Shown: positions 9,263 through 17,876 of the stretch, piece after piece
Layout of the letters: every line of letters begins with the position of its first letter
How positions within the stretch are numbered: the first letter of the stretch is position 1
Source of the DNA: Cellvibrionaceae bacterium
GTDB taxonomy: Bacteria; Chloroflexota; Anaerolineae; Promineifilales; Promineifilaceae
Direction of reading: 5' to 3'
DNA length: 63,254 nucleotides
NCBI GenBank assembly: GCA_047638855.1
Contig: JBLIMP010000001.1
Location: 1-63,254 of the forward strand
The notes under the pieces: model-generated
Databases searched by the model: none
Seen by the model: only the letters and a program-made list of their open reading frames with translations
Told to the model about the DNA's origin: nothing
Translations under genes and position numbers: made by a program

Positions 9263-10822
9263 TTACACTTCTCGAAATAGCTCACGGACCAGAAAATGCT
9301 GAATCTTCCCCATCGCATTTTTCGGTAGCTCATCGGTAAAAATATACGCTTTAGGGAGCTTGTAACGGGCCAATCGGCCTTGCATAAACTCACGCATTTC
9401 AGCTTCAGTTAGCGTTTTCCCCGGCTTGGCAGCAATAATCGCTACCGGAATCTCACCCCATTTTGTGTCCGGTCGGCCGATGAGCGCACACTCCGCCACC
9501 GCCGGATGTTCGTAGATCACTCGCTCAACTTCGGCCGCGTAAATGTTCTCGCTCCCTGAAATGATCATGTTTTTCTTGCGATCTTTGATGTACAGATACC
9601 CATCTTCATCCAGATAACCGATGTCGCCCGAGTGAAACCAGCCGACATTGTGGGCCTCATCCAACTGACCAGACAAACGACCAAATACTTCGGCTGTTGC
9701 TTCTGGGTTACGCCAGTATTCGACCATCACATTGGCCCCTTTGATCAATACTTCTCCCTCTTCATTGGGGCCAACTTCCTTCCCGTTACTACCCACGATC
9801 CTAATCTCGCTATATAGCCCTGCCATGCCCGTTGAGCCTGTTTTGCTAAAGTCAGAGTCCGGCCGATGATAAACCGATACAGGAGCTGTTTCGGTCAGGC
9901 CGTACATTTCCAAAACAGCGACACCTTGGTCGCGAAAACTGTCCGATAAATTCGTGGGAACTAATGTGGAGCCAGTGATGGTTAGACGCAAGTTTGAAAA
10001 GTCGGTTTTGTTCCAATGTGGCGAGGCGATGCAGGCGGCCATAATCGCCGGAACAACACAAGTCACAGTCGGCCGCTCCTGTTCGCTTGATCCAATCGAT
10101 TCCAAGATTTTATCTGGCACCACATTGTCATGCAGCGTCACCGTGGCTCCCACACAAAGCGCTGGTGTCGTTTGATTATTCAATCCACCCACATGGAAAA
10201 GCGGCAACATCGTGAGCACATGATCTTCGCTGGTTAGGTTCATCATATGGATGGCGTTGAACGCATTCCATTGCAGGTTGCTTTGGGTCAGCACGGCACC
10301 TTTCGGCCGGCCGGTAGTCCCTGACGTGTAAACCAGCATCAGCGGATCATCCAGCATGCCAATGGCTTTAGTTAATTTGGTCGATTGACCTAAATCTTGC
10401 CAAAATTTGCTGTTCGGGTTGTGAGTCGGCCGGTAATCAAGCCCAACCACTTGGCAAGATGGCAATTGTTCAGCCAGCGGCTTTTCGATAGAGTCAAACA
10501 GCTCTGTCACAAATAACACGCTCAATTCTGCGTTTTGCACAATGAACATAAGTTCGGGCAGAGCCAAACGCCAGTTTATCGGATTAAGAATCGCCCCCAG
10601 TTTGGCACAAGCGAAAAGTAAGCTCAAGAATTCCGGCCGGTTATGGCTCAAAATCCCAACACGATCCCCTTTCTTGATGCCTAGTTCATGCTGAAGAATG
10701 CTGGCAACCCGTTCAACTTCGGCCGCCATTTCACTGTAGCTCCATGTTTGATCATTAAAATGAAGAGCCGCTTTGTTTGGAGAAAAAGCAGCATTTGTTG
10801 TGACCCATTTTGAAAGATTCAT
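9263..10822 (-). CDS. AMP-dependent acyl-CoA synthetase/ligase
   Basis: YTSGTTGRPKGA AMP-binding motif and GWFHSGD/YIKDRKK motifs; 519 aa. Confidence 0.85.
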   Translation of the reverse strand: MNLSKWVTTNAAFSPNKAALHFNDQTWSYSEMAAEVERVASILQHELGIKKGDRVGILSHNRPEFLSLLFACAKLGAILNPINWRLALPELMFIVQNAELSVLFVTELFDSIEKPLAEQLPSCQVVGLDYRPTHNPNSKFWQDLGQSTKLTKAIGMLDDPLMLVYTSGTTGRPKGAVLTQSNLQWNAFNAIHMMNLTSEDHVLTMLPLFHVGGLNNQTTPALCVGATVTLHDNVVPDKILESIGSSEQERPTVTCVVPAIMAACIASPHWNKTDFSNLRLTITGSTLVPTNLSDSFRDQGVAVLEMYGLTETAPVSVYHRPDSDFSKTGSTGMAGLYSEIRIVGSNGKEVGPNEEGEVLIKGANVMVEYWRNPEATAEVFGRLSGQLDEAHNVGWFHSGDIGYLDEDGYLYIKDRKKNMIISGSENIYAAEVERVIYEHPAVAECALIGRPDTKWGEIPVAIIAAKPGKTLTEAEMREFMQGRLARYKLPKAYIFTDELPKNAMGKIQHFLVRELFREV

Positions 10823-10864
10823 TTTTTGGCTCTTAGCTTTTGGCTACTAAATACCGGCGTGAAA

Positions 10865-10924
10865 CACGAGTCACTAACCACTTCTCACGAGTCACTTCTT
10901 ACTCATCACTTCTTACTCATCACT
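10865..10924. repeat. word-repeat spacer: CACGAGTCACT x2 and a 14-nt tandem CACTTCTTACTCAT x2.3 spanning the ACAD stop codon
   Basis: Units at 10865-10875 and 10886-10896, and at 10893-10906 and 10907-10920. Confidence 0.85.
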
Positions 10925-12172
10925 TTCACCTTTCTCATACAGCATCCCTCTGCCCAAATTGTCCAAACAAATTTCGGCCGTCCACGGCAACATCAGCGCA
11001 CCACAGCGGCTGTCACGATAAATGCGTTCAAGCGGCAAGCTTTTCAACATAGACTGACCCCCACATGTGCGAATGGCTAGTTGGGCGATGTCGTTCGCAT
11101 TTTCCATGACGGTATATTGTGTCACATAGGCTCTCATCACCTGATCTTTGTCAGGATTACGCCGTGCTTCCGACATCGTTTGGTGGAAAAGCGCCTTGGT
11201 TTGCTCTAGCTTGATTTTCATCTGGGCCACCGCAATTTGTTTGGTCGGATACATGCGTCGTTTAACCGGCGGCAAACCTTGATATTCGCCCCGTAAATAT
11301 TTTTGGGTGAAGTCAAACGCCGCCTGAGCCAGCCCCATATAAGCGGGGCAGAGAGTCAAAAACATATGCGGCCACTGACTAGCCGCTTGATAGTAGATGC
11401 CCCGAGGCATTAACATCGCCTCTTCTGGCACAAATACATCTTTGAAAAGCAACGTGCGTGAGACGGTGCCTCGCATCCCCATCGGGTCCCAATCGCCGGT
11501 GACTGTCACACCTTCGGCCGTCGCTGGCACAGCGATGTAAACACTGTTTCTGCGACTGGGCTTCTCGTCTTCCTTGATCTCGGTGCATAAAATGCCGTAA
11601 TAATCAGCATGACCCGAAAGTGATGCAAAAATCTTTTTGCCGTTGACAATCCAGCCACCCCCGTTTGCATCGGTTGGAATCGCATGTGTGCCCCAAGCCA
11701 CTCGTCCGGCCGCCGCTGCTCCTCCTTCTGAGAACGGTTGGGAATAGATCGCACCCTCTTCTAAAATGCGTTTGTAGTGGATGGCACGTCTTGCGTCTTG
11801 AATGGCCCGATCTTCGGCCGACATGTCTAAATCATCGGTTAGATCGCCGGTCCATAAAGTGGATGAGACGTGCATGTTCCACGTAAGTGCCGTCGCCCCG
11901 CAATAACGGCCCAATTCGGCCGCTGTCATTGCGTAGGTCAGCAGGTCAGCCCCATGCCCCCCATGTTTTTCTGGGATACAGATTCCCATGAGGCCAGCTT
12001 TGTACATGTCCTGATAGTTTTCTACCGGAAACGAAGCCTCACGGTCATAACGGGCCGCACGTAGTGCTAGTTTTTCCTGGCCTAATATGCGGGCTGTTTC
12101 AGTCAGGTCAATCTGTTTGTCGGTGAGCCTAAATGCGATTGGGTCAAAAAGAGGTGAGTCGCTTGTCATCAT
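10913..12172 (-). CDS. acyl-CoA dehydrogenase family protein
   Basis: 419 aa with an ACAD-like three-domain pattern (N-terminal helical part, middle beta part, C-terminal RIYRD... helices). Confidence 0.75.
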   Translation of the reverse strand: MMTSDSPLFDPIAFRLTDKQIDLTETARILGQEKLALRAARYDREASFPVENYQDMYKAGLMGICIPEKHGGHGADLLTYAMTAAELGRYCGATALTWNMHVSSTLWTGDLTDDLDMSAEDRAIQDARRAIHYKRILEEGAIYSQPFSEGGAAAAGRVAWGTHAIPTDANGGGWIVNGKKIFASLSGHADYYGILCTEIKEDEKPSRRNSVYIAVPATAEGVTVTGDWDPMGMRGTVSRTLLFKDVFVPEEAMLMPRGIYYQAASQWPHMFLTLCPAYMGLAQAAFDFTQKYLRGEYQGLPPVKRRMYPTKQIAVAQMKIKLEQTKALFHQTMSEARRNPDKDQVMRAYVTQYTVMENANDIAQLAIRTCGGQSMLKSLPLERIYRDSRCGALMLPWTAEICLDNLGRGMLYEKGESDE

Positions 12173-12236
12173 ATTAAATGTCGCAGTCGAATAGTGCTTT
12201 TGTTTAAAAGCTGAATAAAAACGGAAAACTTGCCTC

Positions 12237-13634
12237 TTAGTCGGCTATCAAACGTTGAACATTCATCACAGCAAGCAGGGTGTTCTGCTTGATGCGGCCG
12301 AGAATCTCCTTGTGCACCGGATCTTTGCCAGCCCCTTCGCGTATCGCGGCCGCATTCGGATTGAGCCGACACTGGTTTGCCCACTTATTCATTTCCTTAT
12401 TTTGCGACCAGCTATAAGCGTTCATCATATTGCCCAGCGTTGAAGCGATCCATTCTTCTGGGGTATCTGCCAGTTCCACCGGCGGACATAAGGCGTTCTT
12501 TTCTGCATCGGTTTCGCAACTGGCTTCTACATGGGCGATGACAGCCGCACTATAGGTTACCAATGGGGCAAAGACCGCTTGGAGCGTGATTAGGCCGGGT
12601 TCAAACACCGGCTTTGTTGATTCACCCACAAACTCAACAGCACGGGCGGTACAGTCTATGTAAAGCGTTTCAGGTGCGGCCGAAACCGTCTTTCCCCCAT
12701 CCATAACTATTTGGCCGGCTTCTATTTGGGCTACGCGTTGGCCACGGACGATGTTCTTGATGCGGCGCAATTGGGCAATCTCACCGTCAGAAATTGTTGC
12801 ATAGTGAAACATGTTGGGTGTGACCCCTAGGTCAACGCGTAACATTGTACCGGCCGCTTCCATCCGCTTGAACAGGTCGTCCACAGAAGTTGCATCTCGC
12901 ATCGCCTCAACATTTGCTGCAAATCCACCGACTGTTTTTTCAAAGAAGGCCAATCCTGGCTGAATAGACCCCCGATTGATTAACCAAGAATCTCTGGGGC
13001 ACACCCACGTAATCGTGTCTGGGTCAGCGCCATTGTCAAGTAGCCAAACGCAAGTGTCCATCGCGGTCTTGCCACCACCTAAAACGGTAAAGTGCTTATG
13101 TCCAGCCGCCAGACGTGGCAAGTCGTTTGGTGCAACACAAACAACGTCATCTTCAACTGCGAACTTGCGCGTGTGCATAGAAGGGACTGTTGTGTTGTAG
13201 AACGTTCCATCAACCGTTTTATTCCCAACAGCTACGGCATAGTTCTGATTAGACAACAGCGAATGGAATTTGCCGTCACCATCATAGTTGCACATCGGGA
13301 AATACTGTACCCGGCCGGACGGTAAAAATCGCTCGCTCATTAACTTTCCGAAATAGGCGGAGATTTCTGCACCTGAAGCCAAATCATAAAAGCCTTTATT
13401 GGAGCCGACCTCGTCAATTCGATTGCTACCCAGCTCGGTAGAAGCGACCCCGTAAAAGGCTGAAGGCTGGTGTAGCCGCACGAAGGAATAAGCGTCATTC
13501 CAATGCCCGCCTGGCAAGTGATGACGATCAACCATGATAAAGTTGGCATTGGTTTCGTCCAACATTGTATCTACGAAAGTCATGCTGACAGCACCTGTCC
13601 CGATGACTAGATAATCTGCTTCAATTTGTTTCAT
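12237..13634 (-). CDS. FAD/NAD(P)-binding oxidoreductase (flavin-monooxygenase-like)
   Basis: DYLVIGTGAVS dinucleotide-binding motif near the N-terminus and a second VLGGGKTAMD Rossmann motif. I chose the start at Met25 of the tracked ORF (13634) because the longer ORF overlaps the paaK 3' end by 41 nt. Confidence 0.65.
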   Translation of the reverse strand: MKQIEADYLVIGTGAVSMTFVDTMLDETNANFIMVDRHHLPGGHWNDAYSFVRLHQPSAFYGVASTELGSNRIDEVGSNKGFYDLASGAEISAYFGKLMSERFLPSGRVQYFPMCNYDGDGKFHSLLSNQNYAVAVGNKTVDGTFYNTTVPSMHTRKFAVEDDVVCVAPNDLPRLAAGHKHFTVLGGGKTAMDTCVWLLDNGADPDTITWVCPRDSWLINRGSIQPGLAFFEKTVGGFAANVEAMRDATSVDDLFKRMEAAGTMLRVDLGVTPNMFHYATISDGEIAQLRRIKNIVRGQRVAQIEAGQIVMDGGKTVSAAPETLYIDCTARAVEFVGESTKPVFEPGLITLQAVFAPLVTYSAAVIAHVEASCETDAEKNALCPPVELADTPEEWIASTLGNMMNAYSWSQNKEMNKWANQCRLNPNAAAIREGAGKDPVHKEILGRIKQNTLLAVMNVQRLIAD

Positions 13635-13665
13635 ACCGCTTTGTCCATCTGCGGATTTATGCTTT

Positions 13666-15006
13666 TTATCGATTATCTTGTACTCGCTTGATTTTTCCAC
13701 CTTCACTGCGTGGTGCGGTGCCAGGAGCGATTAAGGTGATTTTTGCGCCTATCAAGAGTGATTCTCGCATCATTTTTGCAAGATTCTCAGCCAGTGCTTT
13801 GGCGCGTGGATCGTTGTGAATCCCGTCTGTGCCGTCAACAAGGCGGAAAAATTCTTCGGTGACTTCTGGTTGAATTTCGATGCGATCAAGCCGATCTTCA
13901 CGGGTGACGATGAGGTTGTAGTGGGGTGAAAGTTCATCCAATACGATCATCGTGGCTTCGATCTGACTCGGGAAAACGTTGACACCACGGATGATGAGCA
14001 TGTCATCGGCCCGCCCCAAAATCCGGCTCATGCGGGAGTGTGTCCGGCCGCAGATGCACGCTTTTGTCGTGATCGAACATAGGTCGCCCGTGCGATAGCG
14101 GATCATCGGAATCGCCTCTTTTGTCAGGGTTGTGATTACTAATTCGCCCACTTCGCCTTCAGCCAACTGCTCACCTGTTTTCGGATCGATAATTTCGCAG
14201 AAGAAATGATCGTCCATTAGATGCATGCCGTCTTTTGCTTCCACGCATTCGTTTGACACCCCTGGCCCCATAATCTCGCTTAAGCCGTAAATATTGACGG
14301 CGTCGGCGTGTAGCCGTTCTTCGATTTCGTGGCGCATTTCATCCGTCCATGGTTCAGCACCTAAGATAAACGTACGGACCGGAAGATCGGCCGGGTCGAT
14401 CCCTGCATCGTTGAGTGCATCGGCCAACGTGAGCGCATAAGAGGGGGTACAGGCCATGATATCAGTCTGGAAATCTTGCAGTAAAAGGATTTGGCGGGTG
14501 GTGTTGCCACCCGAAACGGGGATCGTGTTTAACCCCATCAATTCAGAGCCATAGTGCATGCCCAAGCCACCGGTAAAAAGCCCGTAACCGTATGCGTTTT
14601 GGAACACGTCACCCGGTTTTGCCCCGCTTAGCCCAAAACAACGCGCGACCAGTTCGGACCAGACTGCAATGTCGTTGCGCGTGTAGCCGACTACTGTGGG
14701 TTTGCCCGTTGTCCCAGATGAAGCATGGGTGCGAATGACTTCGTTCATCGGCACAGCAAACAGCTTGAACGGGTAGTTCTCACGCAACTGTTTCTTGTAG
14801 GTGAACGGCAGCTTCGTGACGTCACGAATGTCCTTGATGTCGGCCGGGCTGACCCCAGCCTGGTCAAAAGCATCCTTGTAAAACGGGACTCGTTCGTAGA
14901 CATAAGCGGCCAGTTTTGCCAGTCGCTCGCTTTGCAGTGCTTCGATTTCACTGCGGCTCATCGTTTCAATCGGTTCGTTCCAAATCATGATTTTATTTGT
15001 TTCCAT
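13666..15006 (-). CDS. paaK: phenylacetate-CoA ligase
   Basis: N-terminus IWNEPIETMSRSEIEALQSERL...VPFYKDAFDQAGV and an SSGTTGKPT motif are typical of PaaK. It is 446 aa and paaX lies nearby. Confidence 0.85.
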   Translation of the reverse strand: METNKIMIWNEPIETMSRSEIEALQSERLAKLAAYVYERVPFYKDAFDQAGVSPADIKDIRDVTKLPFTYKKQLRENYPFKLFAVPMNEVIRTHASSGTTGKPTVVGYTRNDIAVWSELVARCFGLSGAKPGDVFQNAYGYGLFTGGLGMHYGSELMGLNTIPVSGGNTTRQILLLQDFQTDIMACTPSYALTLADALNDAGIDPADLPVRTFILGAEPWTDEMRHEIEERLHADAVNIYGLSEIMGPGVSNECVEAKDGMHLMDDHFFCEIIDPKTGEQLAEGEVGELVITTLTKEAIPMIRYRTGDLCSITTKACICGRTHSRMSRILGRADDMLIIRGVNVFPSQIEATMIVLDELSPHYNLIVTREDRLDRIEIQPEVTEEFFRLVDGTDGIHNDPRAKALAENLAKMMRESLLIGAKITLIAPGTAPRSEGGKIKRVQDNR

Positions 15007-15042
15007 TCAGGTCTGTGGGGCATTCCCTGCGGTCGGGCGAGA

Positions 15043-15089
15043 CATTTGCCAAAACATTTGCCAAAACAAGTGAAGTGCCTTGGCAAATG
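15043..15089. repeat. word-repeat spacer upstream of paaK: CATTTGCCAAAA x2 plus an inverted TTGGCAAATG
   Basis: Direct copies at 15043-15054 and 15055-15066, and an inverted copy at 15080-15089. Confidence 0.85.
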
Positions 15090-15098
15090 CCATAGCCC

Positions 15099-15785
15099 CT
15101 ACAGCATAAATCTCGCTATCGCATCCGCCAACATCGGCATGTCAACTTGCTCGATGGGATGCTTTGTGTTCGGGAAAACTTGCAGAGCACCGTTGGGTAG
15201 CGCACGTGCCGCTTGCACACTCTCTTCTATTGTTGAAAGGTTGTCACGATCACCAATGCTAACGATGACCGGCTGTTGAGTTTCACTTAGTTGATCAAAG
15301 CTAGGCGGGTTTTCGCCAAAATCGCTCATCATCTCACGGCTTTGAGCCATGTTTTCCTGCCAATCAACGGCCGTGTGTCGTTTGGCCAGCATCTGTGCAA
15401 ATTTAGGTACTTTCTCAAGAATCTTTTCAGGGTTTAGGTTTTTGTGCTCTTTAAGGGCTATTTCAGGTGTCCAGACAAATTTTGTGCCTAGAGTGAACAC
15501 CCGGCCGACCTTGGCAGGATGGCTATGAGCCATGTTTAATCCGACCAGTCCACCTAAGCTGTGCCCAAAAAGATTGGCCTGCTCGATCCCATTAGTCTGC
15601 ATGTATTCAACGATGTTTTCAACAAGATAGGGGACGCGAAACGGCCGGCCGCGATGAGGCTGATCGCCATGCCCTTCGAAGGTAAAGGTGTGTGCTTCAT
15701 GGCCTAATTGACGCAGTTCAACCGCCAGCGGTTCAAGCTGATCTTTGGCACCAATCGCACCGTGGAGAAGAATAAGTGGAAGCAT
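15099..15785 (-). CDS. alpha/beta hydrolase
   Basis: LILLHG N-terminal motif and GHSLGG nucleophile elbow; 228 aa. Confidence 0.8.
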   Translation of the reverse strand: MLPLILLHGAIGAKDQLEPLAVELRQLGHEAHTFTFEGHGDQPHRGRPFRVPYLVENIVEYMQTNGIEQANLFGHSLGGLVGLNMAHSHPAKVGRVFTLGTKFVWTPEIALKEHKNLNPEKILEKVPKFAQMLAKRHTAVDWQENMAQSREMMSDFGENPPSFDQLSETQQPVIVSIGDRDNLSTIEESVQAARALPNGALQVFPNTKHPIEQVDMPMLADAIARFML

Positions 15786-15795
15786 GGGGGGGGGG
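15786..15795 (-). repeat. homopolymer G10 (C10 on the coding strand) abutting the start codon of the 15099..15785 hydrolase gene
   Basis: Read directly: the CAT at 15783-15785 is followed by ten G. Confidence 0.9.
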
Positions 15796-15836
15796 AGTGA
15801 CTAGTGATTAGTGGGAAGTGACTAGACTAATCACTA
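15796..15836. repeat. word-repeat spacer (AGTGACTAG x2) with an 11-bp hairpin TAGTGATTAGT/ACTAATCACTA overlapping the EthD stop codon
   Basis: Read directly from the sequence. Confidence 0.8.
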
Positions 15837-16127
15837 ATCTTCCGTCGCAATCATCGTGGTCAAAATGTCGCTGGCAAAGCGGGCCGCATCTTTGCCGGTG
15901 GCCCCCATTTCAGGGCTGCGTAGCGCAGTGTTGAATGTCTCTTTATCTGGAAAGATCATTTCCGCCATCAAGTAACAGTCGTGAGCACCGGCCAGCTTTT
16001 TCTTGAAGCGGGTAATACGAACCGACTGCAAGCCAGGGATCGCATCGACTAATTTAACATGATTGGCATATTCGGCTTCAAATGCTTCGATATCGGCCGG
16101 GGTTGAATACAGGGCAACTAATTTCAT
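15834..16127 (-). CDS. EthD-domain protein (TIGR02118-like)
   Basis: 97 aa; the MKLVALYSTPADIEAFEAEY...GLQSVRITRF pattern matches EthD family proteins. Confidence 0.65.
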   Translation of the reverse strand: MKLVALYSTPADIEAFEAEYANHVKLVDAIPGLQSVRITRFKKKLAGAHDCYLMAEMIFPDKETFNTALRSPEMGATGKDAARFASDILTTMIATED

Positions 16128-16159
16128 TTTTTGGAACTCCTTTTATATGGGTGGCGCTA

Positions 16160-16972
16160 CTAAAAACTTGTTTTCTTCTGACTGGTTGGATAAACCTGTC
16201 GCTTTTTCTTGCGCAAGCCGTCAATCGCAACCGGCATATCTGGGCTGAAAAAGCCCAGCATTTCAAGCGCCAATGAATGATCAAAGATCGGACCTGCTTG
16301 AAGCAGCCATTGGTTCAAAGCTCGTTTGGTGAATTTGATCGCGTGGCGTGGTCCTGTTGCCAGATCAGTAGCGATCGCCATGGCTTTCTCGTGTAGTTCT
16401 GCGTCTGGTACGCACACACTCACAAGCCCGATGCGCTCTGCTTCGGTGCCGCTGACAAAACCGCTGGTCATTAAATAATATTTCGCTTTGGCCATGCCTA
16501 CTAATAAGGGCCAAATGATGGCCGCATGATCTCCGGCTGCAACTCCCATACGCACATGGCCGTCAGCCAATCGGGCGTTTTCGGCCGCAATCGAGATGTC
16601 TGCCAATAGTGCGACGACCAATCCCGCACCCACGGCCGGGCCGTTGATGGCTGAAATGATCGGGGTGTCACAGTTGATTTGGTTATAAACCAGATCACGA
16701 GCTTCATTAAGGGTGTGAATGATTTCGTCGTAGTCGCCCGCCATTGAATCAACCCACTCAAGATCGCCTCCGGCCGAAAACCCTTTGCCTGCGCCGGTGA
16801 TCACCGCTACGTTGACTTCTGGATCCGCGTCGATGGTGTCCCACAAGGCGCAGAATTCAGTGTGCATACGCCGGTTAGCGGCGTTGAGCACTTCCGGCCG
16901 GTTGAGGGTGACCCACAAAATGTTGGGGTCGCGTTTTTCAAATAGGATGTGTTGATAGTCGGAGTAATTCAT
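16160..16972 (-). CDS. enoyl-CoA hydratase/isomerase (crotonase)
   Basis: Crotonase motifs [15 protein letters not shown] and INGPAVGAG. Confidence 0.85.
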   Translation of the reverse strand: MNYSDYQHILFEKRDPNILWVTLNRPEVLNAANRRMHTEFCALWDTIDADPEVNVAVITGAGKGFSAGGDLEWVDSMAGDYDEIIHTLNEARDLVYNQINCDTPIISAINGPAVGAGLVVALLADISIAAENARLADGHVRMGVAAGDHAAIIWPLLVGMAKAKYYLMTSGFVSGTEAERIGLVSVCVPDAELHEKAMAIATDLATGPRHAIKFTKRALNQWLLQAGPIFDHSLALEMLGFFSPDMPVAIDGLRKKKRQVYPTSQKKTSF

Positions 16973-17090
16973 ATTGTGGTGGCACTCTGTCCGTTCTTAA
17001 TTCTTAATTGTTCGTTGCCCATTGGTTATTAAATTGCCAATAGCCAATTGAGAATGAAGAATTGCCAACGGGATTTTGCTGATATTGAAA

Positions 17091-17876
17091 TTAGTGCCCC
17101 TTAAAAACCGGTTTTCTCTTCTCATTAAACGCCGCCACCCCTTCACTGTAATCTTCTGAGTGGCCAGCAACTTCTTGCAGGTGGGTTTCATAGTCGATTT
17201 GCTCGTCAAAGGTGACACCAAGCGATTTGTTGAGCGCCCGTTTGGTCATGCCGATGCCCAATGTTGGAGAGGTTGCCAGCTTTTGAGCCAACGCACGGGC
17301 TTCATCTAGAAATGTTTCATGCGGGAAGACCTTGTTGACCAGACCGGCATCGGCCGCCTGTGTGCCGTCAAGCCTGTCGTTGGTGAAGAGCATTTCGGCC
17401 GCATTGGCTGGGCCGATCAGACGGGGAAGCCAGTAGCTAACCCCGGTATCTGGGGCTAGTCCAATGCCGATAAATGCGGTCAGGAATTTCGCACGTTCGC
17501 TGGCGTACCGAATATCACAGGCCAACGCCAAACCTAATCCTGCTCCAGCGCAAGCCCCATTAATCGCAGCGATAACCGGTTTTTCGAGCGTCCGAATCGC
17601 CTGCGCCATCGGGTTGTAGCTGTTGTTTAGATGCTCACGAAACGAGAAATTATCGCCGCGACCTTCAATTTCTGACAGATCTTGCCCGGCGCAGAAGCCA
17701 CGTCCAGCTCCGGTAAGCAAAATGGCGCGCATGTCTGGGTCGCGTTTGACCATTTTTACAACTGCGATGATTTCTTTAGCGGTAGCGGTATTCAACGCAT
17801 TAAATTTGTCTGGATTGTTGAGCGTGACCTCAACAACGCCACCATTGACTTCAACTAGAATGTTTTCATAATTCAT
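17091..17876 (-). CDS. enoyl-CoA hydratase/isomerase, PaaG-like
   Basis: LTGAGRGFCAGQDL and INGACAGAG crotonase motifs. Its start overlaps the paaX stop by 4 nt (ATGA). Confidence 0.8.
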   Translation of the reverse strand: MNYENILVEVNGGVVEVTLNNPDKFNALNTATAKEIIAVVKMVKRDPDMRAILLTGAGRGFCAGQDLSEIEGRGDNFSFREHLNNSYNPMAQAIRTLEKPVIAAINGACAGAGLGLALACDIRYASERAKFLTAFIGIGLAPDTGVSYWLPRLIGPANAAEMLFTNDRLDGTQAADAGLVNKVFPHETFLDEARALAQKLATSPTLGIGMTKRALNKSLGVTFDEQIDYETHLQEVAGHSEDYSEGVAAFNEKRKPVFKGH

